A stretch of DNA of 64,000 nucleotides from an uncultured Oscillospiraceae bacterium (GCA_944385365.1 CALWWW010000004.1:7297-71296); one strand, 5' to 3'. Positions 9,435-19,381 are shown, counted from the first letter of the stretch. Notes: generated by a model not told the origin, from the letters alone. Translations and numbers: made by a program.

Positions 9435-10553
9435 ATGAAGCAATATTGGAAACGTATCATGGCCGCGGCTGCGCTGACGGCGGCGCTGGTGGGTACCGTA
9501 TGGGCCGCCGGCGGCACCGGCGACGATCCGGTCATTTCCCTGAGCTATTTACAACAGAAGTTCACCCCCCAGCTGGAAGCGGACGCTCAGCAGGCCATTT
9601 ATGACGGTCTGGGGACCGTTTACGGCGACCAGCTTCGGGCCGCGGTGGACAGCTACGCCGCCGTGCGTCTGGCGGCCCAAAAGCAGCAGTCTGCGGTGCA
9701 GCAGAAGGGCGAGGGTGTGCTGCTGCTGAAACAGGGCGACATGCTGACAGCCGCACCGGGCTGCAAGGTGACCGTAAAAAACGGCTCCCTGATGGCGGAC
9801 ACCTCCTATCTGGTGGACGTCACCGGCGGCAGCGTGGCGGCCAAGTACGCCGTCCTGACGCCGGGCCGCCTTTATATGATGGGCGACACGGCCACCGGAG
9901 AACTGAAAGTGCAGTCGGCCACCTGTGAAGTGACGGTCAGTGGCATTTACAGTCTGCTGCCGTCGGACAGCGTGGACTACGGCTCCCGGGTCCGGGCACT
10001 GGAGCATATGGGTCTGTTTCTCGGCACCAATACCGGCTTCCAGCTGGAATCCACGGCGGACCGGGCCCAGGGCCTGATCATGTTCCTGCGGCTGCTGGGA
10101 CTGGAGGACGAAGCGCTGGCGTACACGGGGTCCTGCCCCTTTACCGATGTGAAAGACCATTGGGCGGAGCGGTACGTGGCCTATGGCTACAGCCAGGGAC
10201 TTACCGGCGGCACTTCGCTCACGACGTTTTCCCCCAACTCTAAAATCACCTGTCAGCAGTACGCCACGTTCCTGCTGCGGGCTTTGGGGTATACGGAGAA
10301 TGAGGATTTCACCTATGCCAACGCGGTCAGTGATTTGGTGGACAAGGGCATCCTGACAGCCGCGGAGAGCCGCGGGCTGTCCTCCGGGGCCTTTGCCCGG
10401 TATAAAATGGCCTATCTGTCCTTTGCGGGCCTGTTCGGCGTGGACCAGGACCAGGGCGGCCTGCTGATGAATGATCTGGTGGACAGCGGTGCGGTCACCC
10501 GGCAGCAGCTGGCCCTGGGTCTGGCCCAGGTCACCGGCGGAAAAATTTCCTGA
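9435..10553 (+). CDS. Secreted S-layer homology (SLH) domain protein
   Basis: RBS GAGGA then MKQYWKRIMAAAALTAALVGTVWA (signal peptide). C-terminal SLH-like motifs (ADRAQGLIMFLRLLG, FTDVKDHWAERYVAYGY, ITCQQYATFLLRALGY). Confidence 0.8.
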   Translation: MKQYWKRIMAAAALTAALVGTVWAAGGTGDDPVISLSYLQQKFTPQLEADAQQAIYDGLGTVYGDQLRAAVDSYAAVRLAAQKQQSAVQQKGEGVLLLKQGDMLTAAPGCKVTVKNGSLMADTSYLVDVTGGSVAAKYAVLTPGRLYMMGDTATGELKVQSATCEVTVSGIYSLLPSDSVDYGSRVRALEHMGLFLGTNTGFQLESTADRAQGLIMFLRLLGLEDEALAYTGSCPFTDVKDHWAERYVAYGYSQGLTGGTSLTTFSPNSKITCQQYATFLLRALGYTENEDFTYANAVSDLVDKGILTAAESRGLSSGAFARYKMAYLSFAGLFGVDQDQGGLLMNDLVDSGAVTRQQLALGLAQVTGGKIS

Positions 10554-10563
10554 CCGGACCTTT

Positions 10564-10590
10564 CACACTTTGAAGCCTCCCACATACCAT
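10564..10590 (+). promoter_or_regulatory. Putative mother-cell sporulation (sigma-K/sigma-E type) promoter
   Basis: CACA about 15-16 nt upstream of CATACCAT (CATAnnnT -10 pattern), ahead of the small Cys-rich ORF. Confidence 0.4.
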
Positions 10591-10637
10591 GGAATGAGCG
10601 GCAAAGCTCCTCAAAAATTCATTGGGAGGTAACGACT

Positions 10638-10808
10638 ATGTCCTGTAATTCCATGTCCTGCGGTTCTTCCGGTATCTTTGCCTTTGGCAACAGCTGGTGG
10701 TGGATCATTCTGCTGATCATCATCGTCTTGTGCTGGGGCAACAACGGCTGCGGCTGCAACACCAACAACTGCGGCTGCGGCAACAGCAACGACTGCGGCT
10801 GCTGCTAA
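10638..10808 (+). CDS. Small Cys/Gly/Asn-rich single-TM protein (56 aa), probably spore-associated; not in the supplied ORF track
   Basis: RBS GGGAGGT. Translation MSCNSMSCGSSGIFAFGNSWWWIILLIIIVLCWGNNGCGCNTNNCGCGNSNDCGCC*. A terminator follows immediately. Confidence 0.8.
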   Translation: MSCNSMSCGSSGIFAFGNSWWWIILLIIIVLCWGNNGCGCNTNNCGCGNSNDCGCC

Positions 10809-10819
10809 AGTCCATACCC

Positions 10820-10860
10820 AAGGGGCGCTGTCTTCGGACAGCGCCCCTTCCGCTTGTTTT
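10820..10860 (+). terminator. Terminator of the small Cys-rich gene
   Basis: AAGGGGCGCTGTC-TTCG-GACAGCGCCCCTT hairpin with a T-rich tail. Confidence 0.7.
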
Positions 10861-10956
10861 TAAAGTGCTTTTCGCCAAAAAATTGCGGGATTCCGGGGCA
10901 GCGCCGCAGTCGCGCCTTGCAAGGCGCGAAATCCCCTGCCCGCCCCCAGCCAAGTC

Positions 10957-10985
10957 TTTACAAATCACGGAAAATCCGATATACT
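10957..10985 (+). promoter_or_regulatory. Putative sigma-A promoter of lepA-rnhA
   Basis: TTTACA-17 nt-TATACT. Confidence 0.6.
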
Positions 10986-11028
10986 ATTTATTTAGAATGG
11001 AATAAACCTTGCATTTTTGAGGTGAAAT

Positions 11029-12837
11029 ATGACAGATTTAAGCAAAATCCGCAACTTCTCCATTGTGGCCCATATCGACCACGGCAAATCCACTCTGGCC
11101 GACCGGCTGCTGGAGGAATGCGACACCATTGACAAGCGGGAGATGGAGGATCAGATTCTGGACTCCATGGAGCTGGAACGGGAGCGCGGCATCACCATCA
11201 AGGCCCGGGCGGTCCGGCTGGACTACAAGGCCGACGACGGCGAAAACTATGTACTGAACCTCATCGATACCCCCGGCCATGTGGACTTCAACTATGAGGT
11301 GTCCCGCAGCCTGAAAGCCTGTGAAGGTGCGGTGCTGGTGGTGGATGCCTCCCAGGGCATCGAGGCCCAGACGCTGGCCAACACCTATCTGGCCATTGAC
11401 GAGGGCCTGGAGGTTCTGCCGGTGGTCAATAAAATCGACCTGCCCGCCGCCCGGCCCCAGGAGGTCAAGCAGGAGGTGGAGGACGTCATCGGCCTGCCCG
11501 CCATGGACGCGCCGGAGATTTCCGCCAAAAACGGCACCAATATTCACAGCGTTTTGGAAATGATCGTCCGGGATGTGCCCGCCCCCCAGGGCGACCGGGA
11601 AGCCCCGTTACAGGCGCTGATCTTCGACAGCCAGTACGATTCCTACCGGGGCGTCATTGTCTATATGCGCGTGTTCAACGGCGTTGTGAAGCCCGGTATG
11701 GATGTGAAGATGATGGCCACCGGCGCCGTCTATAAGGTGGTGGAGGTGGGCTATCTGAGCCCCCTGGGCATGATTCCCACTGCGGCCCTGGGCGCCGGTG
11801 AGGTCGGCTATCTGACGGCCTCCATCAAGAACGTTTCCGATACCCGCGTGGGCGATACGGTGACTGGTGTGGAAAATCCCACGCCGGAGGCGCTGCCCGG
11901 CTATAAGACGGTGCAGCCCATGGTCTTCGCCGGTATCTACCCCGCCGACGGCAGCAAGTACGGCGATCTGCGGGACGCGCTGGAAAAACTCCAGCTCAAC
12001 GACGCATCCATGAGCTTCGTCCAGGAAAGCTCCATCGCCCTGGGCTTTGGTTTCCGCTGCGGCTTCCTGGGTCTGCTCCATATGGAGATCATTATGGAGC
12101 GGCTGGAACGGGAGTACAATCTGGATTTGATCACCACGGCCCCCAACGTCGTCTATCACATTACCAAAACCAACGGTGAAAAGCTGGAGGTCTACACGCC
12201 GCTGAACTATCCGGACCCGGCGGAGATTGAGCAGGCCGAGGAACCGTTCGTCAAGGCCAGCATCATCACGCCCCAGGAGTACGTGGGCAATATTATGGAA
12301 CTGTGCCAACAGCGGCGCGGCGACTATAAGGACATGCAGTATCTGGATGCCAACCGCGTGGAACTTCACTACGAGATGCCGCTCAATGAGATCATCTACG
12401 ACTTTTTCGATTCGCTGAAATCCCGGACCCGTGGCTATGCGTCGCTGGATTACGAATTGTGCGGCTACCGGTCCAGTAAGCTGGTGAAGCTGGATATTCT
12501 CCTCAACGGCGAGATTGTGGACGCCCTGAGCTTCATCCTTTTCGCGGATAACGCTTATCCCCGGGCCAGAAAAATCTGCGAGCGGCTCAAGGAGAATATT
12601 CCCCGCCAAATGTTTGAAATTCCGGTCCAGGCAGCCATTGGCGGCAAGGTCATTGCCCGTGAGACCATCAAGGCATTGCGGAAGGACGTTCTGGCCAAGT
12701 GCTACGGCGGCGATATCACCAGAAAGAAGAAGCTGCTGGAGAAGCAGAAGGAGGGCAAGAAGCGTATGCGCTCCTTTGGCACCGTGTCGGTGCCCTCCGA
12801 GGCGTTCATGGCTGTGCTGAAGCTGGACAACGATTAA
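11029..12837 (+). CDS. lepA: Translation elongation factor 4 (LepA)
   Basis: [50 protein letters not shown] and the C-terminal [24 protein letters not shown]. Confidence 0.98.
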   Translation: MTDLSKIRNFSIVAHIDHGKSTLADRLLEECDTIDKREMEDQILDSMELERERGITIKARAVRLDYKADDGENYVLNLIDTPGHVDFNYEVSRSLKACEGAVLVVDASQGIEAQTLANTYLAIDEGLEVLPVVNKIDLPAARPQEVKQEVEDVIGLPAMDAPEISAKNGTNIHSVLEMIVRDVPAPQGDREAPLQALIFDSQYDSYRGVIVYMRVFNGVVKPGMDVKMMATGAVYKVVEVGYLSPLGMIPTAALGAGEVGYLTASIKNVSDTRVGDTVTGVENPTPEALPGYKTVQPMVFAGIYPADGSKYGDLRDALEKLQLNDASMSFVQESSIALGFGFRCGFLGLLHMEIIMERLEREYNLDLITTAPNVVYHITKTNGEKLEVYTPLNYPDPAEIEQAEEPFVKASIITPQEYVGNIMELCQQRRGDYKDMQYLDANRVELHYEMPLNEIIYDFFDSLKSRTRGYASLDYELCGYRSSKLVKLDILLNGEIVDALSFILFADNAYPRARKICERLKENIPRQMFEIPVQAAIGGKVIARETIKALRKDVLAKCYGGDITRKKKLLEKQKEGKKRMRSFGTVSVPSEAFMAVLKLDND

Positions 12838-12846
12838 GGAGGCCCC

Positions 12847-13281
12847 ATGAAAACCGTTACTGTCTACACCGACGGCGCTTGCTCCGGCAACCCCGGCCCC
12901 GGCGGCTGGGGGGCCATCCTGGAATATGGCCCCCATGTCCGGGAACTGTCTGGCGGCGAGGCCCAGACCACCAACAACCGCATGGAGCTGACCGCCGTCA
13001 TTGTGGCGCTGGAAAAGCTGAAAGAACCTTGTATTGTGGAACTGTACAGCGATTCCAAGTATGTGCTGGACTCCTTGGAAAAAGGCTGGGTCTACAACTG
13101 GGAGAAGAACAACTGGGTCAAAAAGGACAAAAAGCCCGCTCTCAATGCGGACCTCTGGCAGCAGCTTTTAGTGCAGATCCGCCGCCATACGGTCCATTTC
13201 CATTGGGTCAAAGGCCATGCCGATAACCCGAAAAATAACCGTTGTGACCAGTTGGCCGTGGCTGAAAGTAAGAAACTTTAA
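12847..13281 (+). CDS. rnhA: Ribonuclease HI
   Basis: YTDGACSGNPGPGGWG, TTNNRMELTA, SDSKYV, WVKGHADNPKNNRCDQLA. Confidence 0.96.
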   Translation: MKTVTVYTDGACSGNPGPGGWGAILEYGPHVRELSGGEAQTTNNRMELTAVIVALEKLKEPCIVELYSDSKYVLDSLEKGWVYNWEKNNWVKKDKKPALNADLWQQLLVQIRRHTVHFHWVKGHADNPKNNRCDQLAVAESKKL

Positions 13282-13303
13282 GCAAAAGCCAAAAAACTCT
13301 AAA

Positions 13304-13358
13304 GCAAAAAGGCCGCCGTCCCCACCCCACAACGGGTGGCGGACGGCGGCCTTTTTGC
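13304..13358. terminator. Bidirectional terminator between rnhA and the convergent kinase-like gene
   Basis: GCAAAAAGGCCGCCGTC...GACGGCGGCCTTTTTGC inverted repeat with A and T runs on either side. Confidence 0.75.
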
Positions 13359-13559
13359 TGTAATATTGTTTTGCCTCTCTCTGTTCCAGACCAGAGATGC
13401 GGCCTGCCGGAGCGGGCGGGATCAATGGGATACAGGGTGGAAGGAGAAATGAGGTAGGTAAACAGAGGTTGGAATATGGGTAGGGAAACAAAGAAGAAGC
13501 AGGTTGGGAAACTGGTGCAACAGGGTAACTCCGCTCCGGCAGGTCGCGGAGAGGGGCTG

Positions 13560-14159
13560 TTACAGGGCTTCCAGACGGTGAACGGCGTCGGCCAACAGGG
13601 CGGCAGCGCCATCCAGCGTGAAGCGGCCCGTGTCCACGGTCATGTGATAATTGGAGGCGTCGCCCCACTTGCGCTGGGTAAAGAAATTGTAATATTCCGA
13701 ACGCATCTTATCTTCTTTTTTGATGGTCTTGTCGGTCAGCTCACTGGGGATGCCGTAGTATTTTACCAGGCGTTCACGGCGAACATCGGTAGAGGCCGTC
13801 ACAAAGACGTTGAAGCAATCGTGCTGCTCCTGCAGCACATAGTCTGCGCACCGTCCGACGATGACACAGTCGCCATCCTGAGCCACACGGCGGATGACGT
13901 CGAACTGGGCGAAGGCCAGCTTCTGATTCAGCGGCAGGGCGTCGGTGACGGGCATGGTGGCGTAGAGGAAGGTGCTGTACAGCAGGGACCCGGCAGGCCG
14001 CTCGTCGAAGTGGCTCACCACATCCTCATGCATGCCGCTCTCCCGGGCTGCGATCTTCAAAAGCTCCCGGTCATAGAAGCGGTAACCCAGCATCTTGGCC
14101 AGCTTTTCGCCCACCATACGGCCGCCGGAGCCGTATTTACGGTCAATGGTAATAATCAT
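13560..14159 (-). CDS. Cytidylate kinase-like family P-loop protein
   Basis: IITIDRKYGSGGRMVGEKLA, CVIVGRCADYVL, WGDASNYHMTVDT. Confidence 0.85.
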   Translation of the reverse strand: MIITIDRKYGSGGRMVGEKLAKMLGYRFYDRELLKIAARESGMHEDVVSHFDERPAGSLLYSTFLYATMPVTDALPLNQKLAFAQFDVIRRVAQDGDCVIVGRCADYVLQEQHDCFNVFVTASTDVRRERLVKYYGIPSELTDKTIKKEDKMRSEYYNFFTQRKWGDASNYHMTVDTGRFTLDGAAALLADAVHRLEAL

Positions 14160-14423
14160 AGGACAATCCCCCTTTGCTACCTATAGTATACGGCAAATGG
14201 TGGAATATTACAAGATTTATTTTGAATTTCCAGAAAACTTATGAATATTTAACAAAGGGATCGAAGCTGTCCAGCCATGTCGAAACCGGCGGCGGCGGAA
14301 TGTTACGGTTTCATTACAAGTTGGCCGATTTTGTTGACGAAAGGTTCAAAAAAGGGGTATACTGACTGTGTTGCCGGGGATTCCCTGTGCAAAAATTTGA
14401 AATTATTACAAGGAGGTCCCGCC

Positions 14424-15569
14424 GTGAAAACCCTACGACGTTGTTTTCTCGCATTGACACTGACTCTCGCTCTGTCCGCAGGCGCTGCGGCGGTGGAGAC
14501 GTCCGCCTTTGACTTTACCGACTGGAATCAGGTGGATTACCAGTCCCAGGTGTCCATTCTCACATCCCTGGGCGTGGTCGGCGGTTATGCCGACAACAGT
14601 TTCCGTCCCGATAACCGCATCACCCGTGCAGAGATTGCCAAGATCGTGTCGTTCCTGCAGGAAGACACCGTACCGCAGTATACCACCAGCAGCTTCACCG
14701 ACACGGCCGATACCTGGGCCGGTGACTATATTGAATACTGCGCCGAGCAGGGCATTCTGGGCGGCTATAACGGCCAGTTCCGACCCAAGGACTATGTGAC
14801 GGCCAGGGAGCTGGCCAAGGCGCTGCTGGTGGTCCTGGGCCAGGACAGCAGCGACTATATGGGCGACGGCTGGGCCGAGGCCGTAGACGAGGATGCCGAC
14901 GCTCTGGGTATTTACAACGGCTACACGCTGGCCCGGGACCTGTATGTGACGCGGCAGCAGGCCTGCCTTTTGATCAGCAACGCCCTGCAATGCCCCGTCC
15001 AGGTGGAGCAGCAGGACGGCACCAAGGTATATATTCTGGATGAAATGCTGGAGCCGGTCTCGCTGCTGCAATACCGGTTTGAGGTTATCCCCGTTTCGGG
15101 CGTCGTGGAGGCCAACGCGCAGGTGGACCTGCGGGGCGGCGGTTCCCTGGACGGCAATTTGCTCCACATCGCCGGATATTCCAAGGACTTCCAGGTCAGC
15201 GAACAGGTGGCCAACGACATGTCCCTGGTGGGCTGCAATGTGACGGTTTACGCCCGGTTCTTTGAAGACTACAACCGCATTTACGGCGTTCCCCAGGTCG
15301 TGAAGGATACGGGCTACAGCGCCGCAAACCTGCGTCCTTCTGAGCTGCCTGTGGTCATGGAGTACGGCAATTTCCAGTTCGGCAATGACACCACCTACTA
15401 TATCAATTATGAGCGGGTGAACCGTGCTGCTATCGACCAGCTGCAGCCCCAGGATGTGCTGAGCATTTTCGATTATGAGGGCGACAATATCATTGATTTG
15501 GTTTTGGTGACCCGGATAGCTACGACGGAGTCCACCCCGGAGGAAGAGACTACCACAGCCCATGGCTGA
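14424..15569 (+). CDS. Secreted SLH-domain protein
   Basis: RBS AGGAGG, GTG start and signal peptide MKTLRRCFLALTLTLALSAGAAA. SLH repeats (GVVGGYADNSFRPDNRITRAEIA; GILGGYNGQFRPKDYVTARELA). Confidence 0.85.
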   Translation: MKTLRRCFLALTLTLALSAGAAAVETSAFDFTDWNQVDYQSQVSILTSLGVVGGYADNSFRPDNRITRAEIAKIVSFLQEDTVPQYTTSSFTDTADTWAGDYIEYCAEQGILGGYNGQFRPKDYVTARELAKALLVVLGQDSSDYMGDGWAEAVDEDADALGIYNGYTLARDLYVTRQQACLLISNALQCPVQVEQQDGTKVYILDEMLEPVSLLQYRFEVIPVSGVVEANAQVDLRGGGSLDGNLLHIAGYSKDFQVSEQVANDMSLVGCNVTVYARFFEDYNRIYGVPQVVKDTGYSAANLRPSELPVVMEYGNFQFGNDTTYYINYERVNRAAIDQLQPQDVLSIFDYEGDNIIDLVLVTRIATTESTPEEETTTAHG

Positions 15570-15584
15570 TTCTGCTTAATCCAT

Positions 15585-15623
15585 AAAAATCCCGTTGTTT
15601 CCATCGGAAACAACGGGATTTTT
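15585..15623. terminator. Bidirectional terminator between the SLH gene and serS
   Basis: AAAAATCCCGTTGTTTCC-ATC-GGAAACAACGGGATTTTT. Confidence 0.8.
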
Positions 15624-15636
15624 GTATCTTTTTCGA

Positions 15637-16926
15637 TTACTTCTTTTCGATGACCTCAAGGCCGCCCAGGTACTTGCGCAGGACCTCGGGAACGACAATG
15701 GAGCCGTCGGCCCGCTGGTTCTGCTCCACCATGGCGGGGAAAATGCGGCTGGTGGCCAGACCGGAACCGTTGAGGGTGTGGACAAACTCGGGCTTGCCGG
15801 TGGCTTCGCGGCGGAACCGGATGTTGCCGCGGCGGGCCTGGTAATCCCGGGCGTTGGACACGGAGGAAACCTCCTTGTAACCGTTCATGGAGGGAATCTG
15901 AATCTCGATGTCGTAGGTGCGGGCCATGGATGCCGAGCAGTCGCCGGCGGCCAGCTTCACGGTGCGGAAGTGGAAGCCCAGACCCTTGACGAGGTTCTCA
16001 GCCTTGGTGACCAGCTCCTCAAAGGCTTCGTCGGACTTCTCCGGCAGGGTGTACTGGAACATCTCGATCTTGTTGAACTGGTGACCACGGACCATGCCGC
16101 GCTCGTCGGCACGATGGGAACCGGCTTCGCGACGGAAGCAGGGGGTGTAGGCGAAGAACTTCCGGGGCAGCATGGACTCGGGCAGAATTTCGTCACGGTA
16201 CAGGGAAGCCAGAGCCGTCTCAGCGGTGGGCAGCATAAAGTGCATCCGGTCGTCGGTGGGGTTCTCGATCTTGTAGACCTCATCGGCGAACTTGGGGAAC
16301 TGACCGGCGGTTTCACCGCACTTGTACTCCAGCATATGGGGCAGCATGACCATCTCATAGCCGTCGGCCAAATGGCAGTCCATAAAGTAGTTGAGCAGAG
16401 CCCACTCCAGACGGGCGCCCATGCCCTTGTACAGCCAGAAGCCGCTGCCGGCCAGCTTGACGCCGCGCTCGTAGTCAATGAGGCCCAGGTCGGTGCACAG
16501 GTCCACATGATGCTTGGGCTCGAAATCGAACTTGTGGGGCTCGCCGTAGTAGCGCAGGGGCTCGTTGTTCTCCTTGCCGCCGGGGGTCAGGTCCGGGTCG
16601 GGCAGGTTGGGCAGGCTCAGCATCAGGGTCCGGTACTCGGCCTCAATGGTACCCAGCTTTTCGTCGTTGGCGGCAATGGCGGTTTTCAGCTCACCCATAC
16701 GGGCAAAGATGGGGGCCACGTCTTCACCGGCTTTTTTCAGCTGGGGAATCTGCTTGGAGACCTTGTTCTGCTCGGCCTTCATGGCCTCGGTCTCGGCAAT
16801 GGCGGCACGGCGGGCAGCATCCAGCTCCAGAATGCGGTCTACGGCTTCGTCGCAATCCACTTCCTTGGCCCGAAAACCGGCCTTGACGGCCTCGGGATTG
16901 TCCTTAATGCGCTTGATATCGATCAC
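15637..16926 (-). CDS. serS: Seryl-tRNA synthetase
   Basis: N-terminal coiled coil, MLPTAETAL, CFRREAGS, RGHQFNKIE, YKEVSSVSN, HTLNGSGLATSR. Confidence 0.97.
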   Translation of the reverse strand: MIDIKRIKDNPEAVKAGFRAKEVDCDEAVDRILELDAARRAAIAETEAMKAEQNKVSKQIPQLKKAGEDVAPIFARMGELKTAIAANDEKLGTIEAEYRTLMLSLPNLPDPDLTPGGKENNEPLRYYGEPHKFDFEPKHHVDLCTDLGLIDYERGVKLAGSGFWLYKGMGARLEWALLNYFMDCHLADGYEMVMLPHMLEYKCGETAGQFPKFADEVYKIENPTDDRMHFMLPTAETALASLYRDEILPESMLPRKFFAYTPCFRREAGSHRADERGMVRGHQFNKIEMFQYTLPEKSDEAFEELVTKAENLVKGLGFHFRTVKLAAGDCSASMARTYDIEIQIPSMNGYKEVSSVSNARDYQARRGNIRFRREATGKPEFVHTLNGSGLATSRIFPAMVEQNQRADGSIVVPEVLRKYLGGLEVIEKK

Positions 16927-16986
16927 AAGAATTCACTCCTATGTTGGGGCGGCATGGCCGCCGTTTTGATGGGATTTTCAGCTTTT

Positions 16987-17571
16987 TTATTGGGCTTCGT
17001 CCAGCTGGGTTTGCAGCTGGGCCACGGTGGCCTGGTCAGCATCGGTCAGCAGATACACCAGGGGATTCAGCTGGTCCAGAACCGTGGACAGTGTTTCGGT
17101 ATCTTCCTCCGACGCGACGGCTTTGGCCTGACCCAGCAGCACATAGGCGGTCTGGGTGTCAGTCACCTTCTGATTGGTTTCCTCCAGCTCCTGCTCCAGC
17201 TGGGACTGGGTCTTTTCCAGCCGCTCCTTGGTTGTCTCCAGGTCCTCCACCTGGGATTCCAGGTCTTCCACCTGGACCTCCAGGGTGGCATTAGCAGCAG
17301 ACAAAGCCTGATTTTCATCTTGCAGCTTCCCGGCGTTTTGCAGGGCGCTGGCATTGGATTTGTTCAGCTCGGAGATGGTCTGCTTGGAGTCCCGCAGCTG
17401 AATCAGGAACGTCAGCAGCACCAGCAGAAAGGCCACGCCAAACAGAATGGCCATATACCGCAGCAGAGCGGTGCGCTTCTCGTCGGAAATGGGAGCCCGT
17501 GCCGGTTCCGTCGCCGCCGGCTGCTCCACCGTGGTTTCGTTCTGCTCCTGGGACTTCGGTTGCTCGGTCAT
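16987..17571 (-). CDS. Hypothetical single-TM coiled-coil protein, co-transcribed with parAB
   Basis: One hydrophobic helix (YMAILFGVAFLLVLLTFLI) followed by a long heptad-rich E/Q/L segment. The start overlaps the parB stop. Confidence 0.7.
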   Translation of the reverse strand: MTEQPKSQEQNETTVEQPAATEPARAPISDEKRTALLRYMAILFGVAFLLVLLTFLIQLRDSKQTISELNKSNASALQNAGKLQDENQALSAANATLEVQVEDLESQVEDLETTKERLEKTQSQLEQELEETNQKVTDTQTAYVLLGQAKAVASEEDTETLSTVLDQLNPLVYLLTDADQATVAQLQTQLDEAQ

Positions 17572-18461
17572 GTCGTTGCCTCCTTGCGTTGCAGCTGCTC
17601 CAGAGCATCCAACAGCTGCTGCAGGTCATCGGGGCCGTAGAACTCAATGTCCAGATGGCCCTTGCGTTTTCCATTGGTAATCTTGACGCCGCGGCCCAGC
17701 TGTTTGGACAGCTGCTTGGCACATTCGGCGATATAGTCCACGGTCAGGGGTTTGGACGGTTCTTCCACCGGGGTTTCCCTTGCCATGGAACGGCACATCA
17801 GCTCCGCCTGTCGGACCGACAGCTGCAAGGACGCGATTTTCTGTGCGGCGGCCCGCTGCTGCTTTTCGTCCTTCAGCGTCAATACCGCCCGGGCGTGGCC
17901 CGGCGACAGGCGGCCATCGGCCACCATTTGCAGCAAATCTTCCGGCAAAGCCAGCAGCCGCAGGGCATTGGCCACCGTGGGGCGGGACTTGCCCACCCGC
18001 TGGGCGGCCCAATCCTGGGTCATGCCGTATTCCTCAATGAGTTTCTGATAGCCCAGGGCCTCTTCCACCGGGTTCAGGTCCTGACGCTGGAGGTTTTCGA
18101 TCAGCGCCAATTCCGTGGCTTTTTCGTCGTCGGCTTCCATAATCACAGCCGGAACCGTGTCCAGACCGGCCAGACGGGCGGCCCGCCACCGGCGTTCACC
18201 GGCGATGATCTGATAGAATCCGTTGGCTGCCTTGCGGACGGTCAGGGGCTGAATGATGCCGTGGATGGCAATGGAATCGGCCAGCGCCTGCAACTCCACC
18301 TCATCAAAGTTCTTGCGGGGCTGGTTGGGATTGGGCTCAATCTTCTGCAAGGGCAGCTGCAAATCGGGCTGCTGGGGCTCGTCGGTGGGCGGCGTCATAT
18401 CGCCAAAGAGCGCGCCCAGACCTTTGCCCAGGCCCTTGCTGCTTTTCTTGTCGGCCATCAA
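17568..18461 (-). CDS. parB: Chromosome partitioning protein ParB/Spo0J
   Basis: KGLGKGLGAL, NPNQPRKNF, GIIQPL, IIAGERRWRAA (CTP-binding box), LIENLQRQDLNPVEEA, HTH GKSRPTVANALRLL. Confidence 0.96.
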   Translation of the reverse strand: MMADKKSSKGLGKGLGALFGDMTPPTDEPQQPDLQLPLQKIEPNPNQPRKNFDEVELQALADSIAIHGIIQPLTVRKAANGFYQIIAGERRWRAARLAGLDTVPAVIMEADDEKATELALIENLQRQDLNPVEEALGYQKLIEEYGMTQDWAAQRVGKSRPTVANALRLLALPEDLLQMVADGRLSPGHARAVLTLKDEKQQRAAAQKIASLQLSVRQAELMCRSMARETPVEEPSKPLTVDYIAECAKQLSKQLGRGVKITNGKRKGHLDIEFYGPDDLQQLLDALEQLQRKEATT

Positions 18462-19219
18462 CGTCCCTCCTTCTTCAAAAATTCCTGGGCCAAAGCGTTA
18501 TAGCTTTCGGCGCCGCGGCTGAATCGGTCATAGGCCATAATGGGCATTCCATGGCTGGGTGCCTCGGACAGCCGCACATTGCGGGGAATCACCGTGGCAA
18601 ATACCTTGCCTGGGAAGTACCGCCGGACCTCTTCGGCCACCTGCATGGACAGATTGGTACGGCCGTCAAACATGGTGAGAATAACGCCGTAAATGTCCAG
18701 CTTCTTATTAAAGGAACGATTGACGGCCCGCAGCGTTGTCATCAGGTCCCGCAGACCTTCCAGCGCGTAGTATTCGCACTGCACCGGAATCAAAATGTGA
18801 TCGGCAGCACAGAGGGCGTTGAGGGTCAGCAGTTCCAAAGACGGCGGACAGTCCACAAAGATGTAATCATAGTCCTTCCGCAGCGCGTCCAGGGCCTTGC
18901 GCAGCTGGTGTTCCCGGTCGGGCATGGAAATCAGTTCAATGCCCGCGCCGGACAGGGCTGCCGACGACGGCAGGACATGGCCCCACTCCGTTTCCACCAC
19001 GGCGGATTTGGGGTCGGCCCCGTTGATGATTACATCATAAATGCTGGTCTCCAGCTCGTCTTTGTCCACGCCCAGGCCGGAGGTGGAATTGGCCTGGGGG
19101 TCAAAATCACACAGCAAAACCTTTTTGCCCGCCAAATGGAGGGCTGCGGTCAGATTAACCGCAGAGGTAGTTTTTCCCACGCCGCCTTTTTGATTCACGA
19201 CGGAGAGGATCATTCCCAT
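18458..19219 (-). CDS. parA: Chromosome partitioning ATPase ParA/Soj
   Basis: VVNQKGGVGKTT (deviant Walker A), DFDPQANSTSG, DCPPSL, PVQCEYYALEG, IPRNVRLSEAPS. Start placed at MGMILSVVNQ. Confidence 0.96.
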   Translation of the reverse strand: MGMILSVVNQKGGVGKTTSAVNLTAALHLAGKKVLLCDFDPQANSTSGLGVDKDELETSIYDVIINGADPKSAVVETEWGHVLPSSAALSGAGIELISMPDREHQLRKALDALRKDYDYIFVDCPPSLELLTLNALCAADHILIPVQCEYYALEGLRDLMTTLRAVNRSFNKKLDIYGVILTMFDGRTNLSMQVAEEVRRYFPGKVFATVIPRNVRLSEAPSHGMPIMAYDRFSRGAESYNALAQEFLKKEGR

Positions 19220-19298
19220 GGGCAAACTCCTTTCAAGCCGGGTAATGTACATGAATTTGCCCGAAATTCCGAAAAAATCGGGATTGCGGGTTCTCCCC

Positions 19299-19327
19299 AT
19301 TATACCACCATACGGCGGGAATTGCAA
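19299..19327 (-). promoter_or_regulatory. Sigma-A promoter of the parA-parB-orf-serS operon
   Basis: Minus strand TTGCAA-17 nt-TATAAT with an extended TG. Confidence 0.7.
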
Positions 19328-19352
19328 CCAATAGACGGGCGAGAACAAAAAA

Positions 19353-19368
19353 TGTTTCACGTGAAACA
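19353..19368. promoter_or_regulatory. parS: parS centromere site 1
   Basis: Perfect palindrome TGTTTCACGTGAAACA, matching the Bacillus/Firmicutes parS consensus. Confidence 0.93.
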
Positions 19369-19381
19369 CAGCGTTTTTGCG

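Noticed and set aside
10697-11005. 102-aa ORF with QQQRLR repeats
   Set aside because: An alternative frame of the Cys-rich microprotein, running through its terminator. The 56-aa frame has the RBS and a coherent structure.
13400-13530. Purine-rich tract and the start of a 236-aa + strand ORF at 13476
   Set aside because: The ORF is antisense to the cytidylate kinase-like gene, and the tract has no repeat periodicity or recognisable RNA motif.
15595-18503. Long + strand ORFs (681 aa and 334 aa)
   Set aside because: Antisense to serS, the coiled-coil gene and parB; no independent RBS or motifs.
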